A stretch of 64,000 bases of DNA from the NCBI GenBank assembly GCA_017935905.1, contig JAGBGO010000009.1, positions 575 to 64,574 on the forward strand, read 5' to 3'. Shown here piece after piece: positions 37,599-46,281 of this stretch. Positions within the stretch are counted from its first letter, which is position 1. Each line of letters opens with the position of its first letter. Source of the DNA: Clostridia bacterium. GTDB lineage: Bacteria; Bacillota; Clostridia; UBA1212; UBA1255. Position numbers and translations under genes: made by a program. The notes beneath the pieces are model-generated. The model had not been told where the DNA came from and searched no databases. It saw only the letters and a program-made list of their open reading frames with translations.

Positions 37599-39696
37599 GA
37601 TAACTCAACTCCTTACCAAATTGGAATATAAAGCTAAACATTTGATCAGCCAAACCATATACAATCATAAACAGCAGTACTACGGCAAGAACACCTACCG
37701 CCGTCATAAAGAACACGACAACAGCTTTAACCGGGTGGAAACCGTGTACGGATTTAATACACAGGAATACCAAAAGACCAACCCAAATATAAATGATTGT
37801 GAATACCAAATTATACAAAGACTGTTCATCCAGTGTCAAAGCGTGAGTCAAAATAGACATCGGCAGAATCAAAAACAGCAGCGGCGTATGGCAATAAGCA
37901 CCGCCAATCAAAACGTCTCTAAATCGGCCTTCGCCGTACATAATGGTCGTTACACCGTAGTTCACGATGGAAATCACAACCCAAGGTAATACAGCAATGC
38001 CAATGGTAACCCACGAATTGATAAACTCTAAAGGCTGACCGCCGCGGTAAATAAAGCTTACGCAGTATTCCGCCACAACAGAGAAAATGGTGTATACAAC
38101 CATAATAATAAATGCGTCTGCATAGGAACCTTTATTCTCATAACGAATTTCTTCGAAAGTATCCACAGGATGGCGAATAACACCGCCAAGTCGACCAAAG
38201 AATTGACGAATCGGTGTAAAGAAATTCTCTTTAGGCGGTAAATTGCCTCTCTTCTTTTTTCTCTTACGTGCAATCGTAAGCAGTACAATCCAAAGAATGA
38301 GTAGCAAAACAATCACAGATAAGATAATAGAGAAGTTCTCACGAAGAAACTCTGCACGAATTTCGATAAACGCTTCAGACGCGTTGGCCGCATCCATTGC
38401 ATCGTAGAAATAATTGATTGCAGTATCGTAATCTTCCTCGCGCATGTGGATCATACCCATATTTTGCAATGCAAGGGTATAATAACTGTCCTTATCCAAT
38501 ACGGTCTGCCAGATCGGGAACGCCCTATCATAATCACCGTCTGCGTAGTGCGCATTGGCTTCATGAATTAAATCGGCAAATTCCGTAGTCTTAAATACGG
38601 TAATAGTGCCGGAGCTCTTGTTCAAGACGTAAATTCGACCCATACTGTCCACTTCAATACTGCAAGGCAAGGAAAGCTGACCGTATCCGCTACCGGTGGA
38701 CGAAAAGGCGAACAAGTTCACACCGTTCTCGTCGTATTCATAAATACGACCGTAACGCTGATCCAAAATTAACATATTGTTGTAATTATCCACTGTAACG
38801 TCACAGAAAATCTGGCTTAAAGCGTTTCGGGTATTCAAAAGTGCCTGATCCGCAAAGTTGTAATCTGCATAAGTTACGTCCGTACCGCCGGCATTGATCT
38901 TACGAACCTGGGGCGGTGTAACCGTAGTCGTCGTTGCATAGATGTAAGTATCGTCCGCAAAAATGTTATTAAACGTGTAAGGAAGGGATACGATAGAGCC
39001 TTTTCGATCTTCACGGTTCCACAAAAGTCTTGCAATGGATTCCCACAAAGATAACGTGACTTTGTTCGTACCATAATACTGACGGAACGTACCATCACCG
39101 TCTAACATCAACACACCGTTGTAATCGGCTTCATTTACAACGTACAGATAACCGCGTTCATCTTTCGTTACTCTGTAAGGTGCATAACGGAATTCGGAAG
39201 ACAACAAGTCGCTGGACGGCGTAGGATAGGAATACTTAAAGTTACCATACTTGGTGTATTCAACCAAACGACCGTTACCCTGGTCAGCAACGATAATGGA
39301 GCCGTCATCGTCTACGTAGATACCGGAAGGATCCTTTAACGCAGCCATATCCCCTTCTGCATAAGTAGAAGTGCCTTGGATGATGCGATCAACAGTATAC
39401 AAACCATTCTCATCCGCAGGATTGATTACTACAACACGGTTATTGCCGGTATCCGTAATATAAATCTTATCGTCGGAACCAATAAACATATCCGTAGGCG
39501 TCTTCAAACGGCCTTCTTCCGTGGTTGGAAAGTCAATTACCGTCACAACTTCATAGGGTGCGGGAATTTTCATTGCAACGTTGCCGCTCAAATAATAGCT
39601 GGCGTAGGGTTCCTTTGCTTGAAAGGCAGTTCCTAACGAGAGCACAAAACTGAGCAACAATATTACCATAATCAGTTTACAGAATCTGGTCTTCAT
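37591..39696 (-). CDS. NHL-repeat beta-propeller + TPR-like + Yip1-domain fusion membrane protein
   Basis: Repeated P-x-D/G-x-x-x-D-x-x-G-x-I-Y-I-x-D-x-x-N-x-R units, a helical AIxxWxxVL/ALQNMG segment, then a five-TM Yip1-like C-terminus (VIRHPVDTFEEI, GEGRFRD). Confidence 0.75.
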   Translation of the reverse strand: MKTRFCKLIMVILLLSFVLSLGTAFQAKEPYASYYLSGNVAMKIPAPYEVVTVIDFPTTEEGRLKTPTDMFIGSDDKIYITDTGNNRVVVINPADENGLYTVDRIIQGTSTYAEGDMAALKDPSGIYVDDDGSIIVADQGNGRLVEYTKYGNFKYSYPTPSSDLLSSEFRYAPYRVTKDERGYLYVVNEADYNGVLMLDGDGTFRQYYGTNKVTLSLWESIARLLWNREDRKGSIVSLPYTFNNIFADDTYIYATTTTVTPPQVRKINAGGTDVTYADYNFADQALLNTRNALSQIFCDVTVDNYNNMLILDQRYGRIYEYDENGVNLFAFSSTGSGYGQLSLPCSIEVDSMGRIYVLNKSSGTITVFKTTEFADLIHEANAHYADGDYDRAFPIWQTVLDKDSYYTLALQNMGMIHMREEDYDTAINYFYDAMDAANASEAFIEIRAEFLRENFSIILSVIVLLLILWIVLLTIARKRKKKRGNLPPKENFFTPIRQFFGRLGGVIRHPVDTFEEIRYENKGSYADAFIIMVVYTIFSVVAEYCVSFIYRGGQPLEFINSWVTIGIAVLPWVVISIVNYGVTTIMYGEGRFRDVLIGGAYCHTPLLFLILPMSILTHALTLDEQSLYNLVFTIIYIWVGLLVFLCIKSVHGFHPVKAVVVFFMTAVGVLAVVLLFMIVYGLADQMFSFIFQFGKELSYLV

Positions 39697-39708
39697 GAAT
39701 GCGTCCTC

Positions 39709-40590
39709 CTATTTAATACCCGAGTGTGCCATGGTATCCATAACTCGGCTTTGCTGAATTACGAAAATGATAATACTCGGGAACGTCATAATCAATGCCG
39801 CTACACCGGCGACACCCTGACGGGCGACACCGCCACCAATGGTGGACATAAAGAAACCTAACGTACGAAGTTGTTCTTTGTAAATATAGGTTGTAGACGT
39901 TGCAGATTCATTCCAAATACCGCTAAATGTCAAGATAACGGCGGTTGCCTGCGCGTTCTTCAAAAGCGGAAGTGCAATTTCCGTATACAGCTTCCATTCG
40001 GAAGCACCGTCAATCTTGCCGGCTTCAAAAATTTCATTGGGTACCTGATCCATAAACTGTTTCATCAAGAACAGAACTGTAGGAGAAGCCAATCCCGGCA
40101 AAATATAAACTAAATACGTATTGTCAATATGTAAGGATGTAATAATCAAATAAAGCGGAATACCGGCTGCAGCAGACACAAACATCAAAGCCGTGGTAAC
40201 CAACTTAAACAAGCCATTCTTGCCGGGAAACTTGTGCTTTGAAAGCGGATAACAAGCCATCGTTGTAATCCATACCAAACAGAAAATGTAAGCAACCGTA
40301 ATCAATACCGTATTAAACAAGTAACGGGTAAAAGGTACTAAACTGTTGGCCGTTACCATAGTTAACTGTTTAAAGTTATCAAAGGTAGGGTTAGATACAA
40401 AGAACCGAGGCGGATACAAGAACAACTCCTCCGGTGGTTTAAATGCAGTACACACAAGGTACACCAACGGAAGAAGGAACACCAGTCCACCGATGGTCAA
40501 GAATACAAGGATCACTCGTCCGGCGTAGTCTTTTCTCTTCTTAGCTTTCTTTAAATAATCAACGTCAACTTGAAACATAACCGCACTCAC
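39709..40590 (-). CDS. Carbohydrate ABC permease (MalG-like)
   Basis: LMKQFMDQVPNEIFEAGKIDGAS EAA loop; ELFLYPPRF. Confidence 0.92.
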   Translation of the reverse strand: MSAVMFQVDVDYLKKAKKRKDYAGRVILVFLTIGGLVFLLPLVYLVCTAFKPPEELFLYPPRFFVSNPTFDNFKQLTMVTANSLVPFTRYLFNTVLITVAYIFCLVWITTMACYPLSKHKFPGKNGLFKLVTTALMFVSAAAGIPLYLIITSLHIDNTYLVYILPGLASPTVLFLMKQFMDQVPNEIFEAGKIDGASEWKLYTEIALPLLKNAQATAVILTFSGIWNESATSTTYIYKEQLRTLGFFMSTIGGGVARQGVAGVAALIMTFPSIIIFVIQQSRVMDTMAHSGIK

Positions 40591-41546
40591 TCCTTATCTG
40601 CCAAAATCTTGAAGGCAATACGTCCAAGACCGATAATCAGTAAAGAAAGTACTACTGCAATGGCAGAAGCATAACCTACCTCGAACCGCTGTCCGGAATA
40701 GTCACCTAAGTGCAACATAATCGTCAAACCGGCATCTTCCGGAGTAGGGTGACCTGCAAGGGTAGCACCTACAGAAAGTGCACTGGTAATCTGCAATACG
40801 GCAGCAAACAACATCTGCGGCATCGTTTGCGGGATGTCTACGTACAACAACCGTTGGAAACGAGAAGTAATACCATCTACCGCAGCAGCATCATAAAGCT
40901 CTCTGTCAACACCGCGGAACGCAGCAACGAAAGACAAGAAACCGGTACCTAAGCTGGACCACAAAGCTACGATAATACCTACCGGCATAATCCAATCAAC
41001 GTCTGTCGTCCAAAGAATCGGTTCGGAAATCAAACCTAAATTCATCAACAAAGAGTTCAAGTAACCTGCACTATCGTTGGAGAACATTACGCTCCATACA
41101 ACCGCCATAGCAACACTACTGGTAAGAGACGGTGCGTAGAACGCCAACGTATAAATCGGTCGAATCTTATCCGGAACCTGATTGATGAACCACGCAAGGA
41201 AATAAGACAGGATATAAGCAACCGGACCTACGATAATTGCGTAGTATAACGTGTTACTCAACGCTTTAAGGAACAAAGCATCGTCTACAAACAAGTAAAC
41301 GTAGTTCGTCCAACCGTTAAACACCGGAGCTTCCAATACGTTCCAATAGAAGAAACTAAGCGCAGCAGATGCAATCAGCGGAAGCAATGAGAACGTGATA
41401 AACAGGATATAGAACGGTGCAATCAAACCGTAGGATATCTTGTGATTCCACATTTCATGCATTGTGTAGCCAAATCGCTTCTCTACGTTAAAGAAACGTT
41501 TCTTTGGTTGCGCCGGGGAATTATTTTTGTTCTTATCTTTTGCCAT
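40587..41546 (-). CDS. Carbohydrate ABC permease (MalF-like)
   Basis: FRGVDRELYDAAAVDG EAA loop; FNGWTNY; GYASAIA. Confidence 0.92.
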   Translation of the reverse strand: MAKDKNKNNSPAQPKKRFFNVEKRFGYTMHEMWNHKISYGLIAPFYILFITFSLLPLIASAALSFFYWNVLEAPVFNGWTNYVYLFVDDALFLKALSNTLYYAIIVGPVAYILSYFLAWFINQVPDKIRPIYTLAFYAPSLTSSVAMAVVWSVMFSNDSAGYLNSLLMNLGLISEPILWTTDVDWIMPVGIIVALWSSLGTGFLSFVAAFRGVDRELYDAAAVDGITSRFQRLLYVDIPQTMPQMLFAAVLQITSALSVGATLAGHPTPEDAGLTIMLHLGDYSGQRFEVGYASAIAVVLSLLIIGLGRIAFKILADKE

Positions 41547-41571
41547 AACAAAATGTCTCCCTATCCTTTAA

Positions 41572-44500
41572 TCAGTTTCCAGATTTGCTTTCGCGAAGGA
41601 CGGATCCGCCCTTCTCAGCAATTCTGTACTCTTCTTGTTTACGAATCATTTCTTTGTTGATTTCTTTAATCGCATCTTCCAATGCAACACGTGCATTTAC
41701 ACCCTGCAACACGTGCTGGTTCAAAGCAGTGGTCAAATAACGGCTGGTATAGTAACCGCCCAATACGTTGGGAGATTCCTGAATCCAGGACCATTGCTCG
41801 TAAATTACGTCCAATTCCTCCAAGGTGTAAGGAAGGGTTGCAATTGCATTCTTGTTTGCGGGATTCCATCTGGAAGCCACGCCGAATGTTGCCTCAACTT
41901 CTCTGCCGTATTCTTCCTGTACAGCATCCGAAGCCCACCATTGCAAGAATGCCCAGGTCTCTTCGGGATATTTCGTGCTACTGATAATAATACTACAAGA
42001 AGCGACACCGTTCACAGAACGATCCACAACAGTCTCTCCATTCTCGTTGGTCACTTCGTGGCCGGGAATCGGAAGAATAGCCCATTTACCGTTCAATTCA
42101 GGTGCAGAATACTTTAACTTGCCGTAGAACGTAAGATCCGCAATACCTACAGGCATCTCACCGCTCTTAAATCGCATATAGAAGTCTGCCGCATAAATAA
42201 AGTTGTACTGGAGGAACAAGTCGGAATACTCAACAAACGCATTGTACGCTTCCTCCGAGTCTAAAGCGGATTTCAAACCGTCATAATCATAGAAATCTCC
42301 ACCGTGTTGGTACAAGAACTGGTTGTAGTTTCCCACACCGTAAGGATAGTAGAAACTGTATCCGTCCTTCGTAAGGGCGGGCAGAATGTTGTAAACATCC
42401 TCCCACGTATCCGGTGCTTCAATGTTCAATTCTTCAAAAATGTCGGTTCGGTAGAACAGAGCTTGCCAGTTCTGCGTTTCAGGGAAGCCGTAGTACTGTC
42501 CTTGATACAAGAACGGCATAACCGTACTTTCATAATAAGATTGCTCAAGCAAATCATTGAAACCTAATACTTCATTTCCATTCATTGTAGTGGTTTCAAA
42601 TTGGTTTAAAGGCAGAAGTGCACCACGAACTGCATATTCGAAAGGCGTACCCGTACCAATGGAAATTGCTGCATCCGGAGCCGTACCTGCAACGTAACGC
42701 TGCATGATCAAACCTTCGGAAGATCCTGCAACCATATTCAGATTTACCTTTACGCCGTAATCCGGTGTAAACTGCTCGGCAACTAAGTTACGCATAATAT
42801 CAACGTACTCACGGCCTCTGGATACGTAAACTTCAATTTCCACCATATCCTCGTCTGCCATTTCACGGGTACCTACAGAGGAATAGTCCTTAATGAAAGT
42901 ATCCTTAAAACGAATAACGCCAACGTAGAAATCTTCGAAGAAGGAGGTAAATGCTTCCTCGTATTTGTAATCCTTCACGGACATTACCATATAGTCTACG
43001 GTAATCGCCTGCTCTTTAACCGATACCATGGTGTTACTCAAACCGGTTAATGCATCCGTAATATCATTCAAAGAGGTAGGAACCTGCTCCATATCGTCTT
43101 CCAACTCGTCAAACAATTCCAGGGCAACTTTAACAGCAGATCCGTAGGAAGGAAGCTTGCCGCCGTTGGCCATCTTGATATCTGCATAACATTGTTTAAA
43201 GGTTTTGACGTAGTTCTCCAAATCGGTTTGAAGATTCGGTAAATATTTCTGTAAATCCCAGTCACGGTTCTTATCTACAACGTAACCGCCGGATTCACTT
43301 CTGGAAGAAGCCGTAATCTTAACAATTTGGTTGATCATATTGGAAATAGACTCGATGCTTTCGTCCAAAGATTGGTATGTATGACGCAACGGTCCCAATT
43401 TGTTGGTCAAGGTCATCGTATGCTGACCCTTCTCAAAATAAAACATATAGGGCTTGTTATCTGCATCTTTCAGGCTATCACCAATCCAGCCGTCTGCATA
43501 AGGGAAACAATATTCTTCTAAGTCTTCAAATAAGATTTCTCCGTCGAACAGAATTTCTTTGTAAGATGCAACGTTGGTGGTTAAAGACTGATAACGGAAG
43601 CCGATCTGATACCAGCCGGTTTCAGGAACGTCAAATACCCAATGCACAGCGTCACCGCCGGAACTCCAGCGAGCACCGCCGAATACGTTATATCGAATCA
43701 CTTTGTAAGATGCGGGAGAAGACGCATAGTCGTTGTCATACTCCATACGAAGGCTTACGGAGGAAGAATACTCCGGTACTTCCATTTCAAAGCGAATGGC
43801 ATCGCCGTTATATACTTTGTCACTGTTGCCGATAGAAGCAACGTAATCCTCGTAAGAAACACTCTTACGGGGAGCTGTTAACTGAATACCGCCAATTACA
43901 CCGGGTTGGTTGTAGAATTTCAGTGTAATGGTACGTTGACCTTCCTTTAAGTAGAATTTGTACGGATTGCGGTAAATACCCTCCGGGTTGGTCATGGTGG
44001 TATTCTGCCATCCGAAAATTTCTTGTTGTTTGGGACGAATCTGGTTTCCGGAAATATCTAAATTCTCAGAAAGCTCGGTATTGTAGAAATTGTACATCCG
44101 CTTCAATTCCATATTGGTGGCTTCTTTGAAGGGAAGTTTATTATCTACCATTAAGGAAACGTAAATTTCTGCATCCTTGGCATCCAAAATCAAATAATCC
44201 AAATTCAAGGAGTAAAGACCGCTTTCCTTAACATCTACAACGAAAGTTACAGTCGTTCCCATCTCCGTTGTATAGAACGCATCCGGGAAATCTTTACCGG
44301 TAATAGTCACCCATTCTTCCTTCAATTTATCATAGTACTTGACACCTTGTGCTTCAGCGTCATACACAGGAGCATCCGGGAACTTAACATAGGCATCCGT
44401 ACCCCACTCTGCTGCAGACTTTAAGTCAACCGCAATCGGGTCACCGGTATAATCCTTGTACCCTTTCTCCTGATATTTAGACAACACTTTGCCGTATTGC

Positions 44501-44691
44501 AACAAACTATTGTCCAGTCGGTTCTCCGTCGTCATAAAAGGGTTAAATGCCATGAGATCACTGTTCTCAACAGAGAACTGCTTCGCGCCGGCATCCTGAC
44601 CGCTAAAGAGAGACGCCACTACGATTACAACCAGCAACAGTGCAGCACCTGCGACGGACCAGCGAATAATTTTCTTCTTCTTCTTGTTCAT
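41572..44691 (-). CDS. Giant membrane-anchored solute-binding protein with two N-terminal jelly-roll/CBM-like modules
   Basis: TM anchor without lipobox; duplicated V(K/P)ExGxY beta-sandwich motif; helical region; C-terminal family-1 SBP (GTAPDAA, GALLPL, GFPETQ, APDTWED, PELNGKW); start at MNKKKK. Confidence 0.8.
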   Translation of the reverse strand: MNKKKKKIIRWSVAGAALLLVVIVVASLFSGQDAGAKQFSVENSDLMAFNPFMTTENRLDNSLLQYGKVLSKYQEKGYKDYTGDPIAVDLKSAAEWGTDAYVKFPDAPVYDAEAQGVKYYDKLKEEWVTITGKDFPDAFYTTEMGTTVTFVVDVKESGLYSLNLDYLILDAKDAEIYVSLMVDNKLPFKEATNMELKRMYNFYNTELSENLDISGNQIRPKQQEIFGWQNTTMTNPEGIYRNPYKFYLKEGQRTITLKFYNQPGVIGGIQLTAPRKSVSYEDYVASIGNSDKVYNGDAIRFEMEVPEYSSSVSLRMEYDNDYASSPASYKVIRYNVFGGARWSSGGDAVHWVFDVPETGWYQIGFRYQSLTTNVASYKEILFDGEILFEDLEEYCFPYADGWIGDSLKDADNKPYMFYFEKGQHTMTLTNKLGPLRHTYQSLDESIESISNMINQIVKITASSRSESGGYVVDKNRDWDLQKYLPNLQTDLENYVKTFKQCYADIKMANGGKLPSYGSAVKVALELFDELEDDMEQVPTSLNDITDALTGLSNTMVSVKEQAITVDYMVMSVKDYKYEEAFTSFFEDFYVGVIRFKDTFIKDYSSVGTREMADEDMVEIEVYVSRGREYVDIMRNLVAEQFTPDYGVKVNLNMVAGSSEGLIMQRYVAGTAPDAAISIGTGTPFEYAVRGALLPLNQFETTTMNGNEVLGFNDLLEQSYYESTVMPFLYQGQYYGFPETQNWQALFYRTDIFEELNIEAPDTWEDVYNILPALTKDGYSFYYPYGVGNYNQFLYQHGGDFYDYDGLKSALDSEEAYNAFVEYSDLFLQYNFIYAADFYMRFKSGEMPVGIADLTFYGKLKYSAPELNGKWAILPIPGHEVTNENGETVVDRSVNGVASCSIIISSTKYPEETWAFLQWWASDAVQEEYGREVEATFGVASRWNPANKNAIATLPYTLEELDVIYEQWSWIQESPNVLGGYYTSRYLTTALNQHVLQGVNARVALEDAIKEINKEMIRKQEEYRIAEKGGSVLRESKSGN

Positions 44692-44789
44692 ACGCCCAAC
44701 CTTCCGTAGAATGATAAACATTTATTTGAAGAGACCCTTTATCAACCTATAAAGAATCCCACACATACTTATGCAATCTTAACAAAAGT

Positions 44790-44818
44790 ATTATAGTATT
44801 TTTGTTCAAGAGTGTCAA
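44790..44818 (-). promoter_or_regulatory. Consensus sigma-A promoter of the carbohydrate ABC locus
   Basis: TTGACA (44818-44813), 17 bp, TATAAT (44795-44790). Confidence 0.85.
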
Positions 44819-44838
44819 TAACTCATTTTACGAATTTT

Positions 44839-46281
44839 TCATGAAGGAAGTTGTAAAACTAAGTCCTTGAACACGTTTCCCCGCTCCTCAAAATTCTTAA
44901 AACGATCGAAACTGGTGCTGGCGGGAGAAAGGAGCACCGTGTCCCCCGGAACGGCCGCTTCATAAGCACATTGTACCGCTTCCGGATAGGTTTCACAATG
45001 GATAACTTTTACAGTTCCTGATGGGTCACAAGCTCGCAGCGCATTTTCAATTTTTTCCGCCGTGGGACCGATTAAAATCAGCGTTTTAACCTTTTCTGCC
45101 AAGGCAGGACCGATGGCATCGTAAGGAATCCCCTTGTCTTTCCCCCCTGCAATCAGTACCACATTCCCCTTAAATACAGACAATGCGTTAATGGTACGAT
45201 TGGGGCTGCTGTCAATGGAACTGTTGTAATACGGAACACCGTGAATCTTTCGAACCAGTTCCAATCGGTGGGCAACGCCGCCAAAGGACGCAGCGACCTG
45301 CACCACGTCTTCTTCCGTAACTTCTTCACCGCAGGCAAGCACAGCCGCCATCAAGTTCTCCACGTTATGGATACCGGGAAGCAGCATGTGTTCACGGGCC
45401 AGAGAGAGGTTCTCCCCTTCTCCTTTTACGAAAATCCATTCATTCATATAATAGGCCATCCGTCCGAAACCTTCCGGGTAAGACATGGTGGGAAGTTTTG
45501 CAGAGAACCAATCCACCTTGCGGCCGGCGTCGATTAAATCCATACCGATTTCCAGGGTTTCCGGACATCCGGCGTTCAGCACCACACGACAGTCGGGGCG
45601 CATGGCGTAAATCCGACATTTGGCATCTATATACTCTTGGTAATCTTTATGTACATCCAAATGGTTCGGCGTAATATTGGTAATCACCGCCACGTGAGGC
45701 GACACAGACAGCGTCATCAGTTGGAAACTGGAAAGTTCCAGCACCACCCGGTCCGTTTCCCGAATGTTGCCGATTTGCGCAATCAGAGGCGTTCCAATGT
45801 TGCCGCCAAGCCAGATTTTGGTATCCGGGCTTCCGGTAAAATGCTTCTCCAATAGCTTACTCACAAGCGTTGTGGTGGTGGTCTTCCCGTCACTGCCGGT
45901 AATGGCATACATCTTACAAGGGCACATGGACATAAACGCTTCCATTTCGCTGGTCAACACGGCGCCTTTAGATACTGCGTCTTGAATTTGAGGCAAATCG
46001 GGACGAATCACCGGAGATTTAAAAATCCGATCAAACTCCCCTTCTGCCAACGTATCCAGATAGCCCGCTCCCAGCACGGCATTACAAATCAAACCTTGCG
46101 CCTGATATTCTTTCGCCGCCGCCCGAAGTGCGTCCGTATCATTCTTGTCAAAAGCCACCACTTCTTTGGTGCCGGCTTCTTTCAAAAAACGCAAAAGAGC
46201 GGCGTTGCTGATGCCAAGACCCAGCACCGCAACGCGCTCCTTCTTCAAATTCTCAATATAAGCATTTAACTTTTCATTCAT
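44839..46281 (-). CDS. murD: UDP-N-acetylmuramoyl-L-alanine--D-glutamate ligase
   Basis: GLGISN, SPVI, TGSDGKTTTT, GGNIG, ELSSFQ, NHLD, HRLE, GGKDKG, SPASTSFD. Confidence 0.96.
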   Translation of the reverse strand: MNEKLNAYIENLKKERVAVLGLGISNAALLRFLKEAGTKEVVAFDKNDTDALRAAAKEYQAQGLICNAVLGAGYLDTLAEGEFDRIFKSPVIRPDLPQIQDAVSKGAVLTSEMEAFMSMCPCKMYAITGSDGKTTTTTLVSKLLEKHFTGSPDTKIWLGGNIGTPLIAQIGNIRETDRVVLELSSFQLMTLSVSPHVAVITNITPNHLDVHKDYQEYIDAKCRIYAMRPDCRVVLNAGCPETLEIGMDLIDAGRKVDWFSAKLPTMSYPEGFGRMAYYMNEWIFVKGEGENLSLAREHMLLPGIHNVENLMAAVLACGEEVTEEDVVQVAASFGGVAHRLELVRKIHGVPYYNSSIDSSPNRTINALSVFKGNVVLIAGGKDKGIPYDAIGPALAEKVKTLILIGPTAEKIENALRACDPSGTVKVIHCETYPEAVQCAYEAAVPGDTVLLSPASTSFDRFKNFEERGNVFKDLVLQLPS

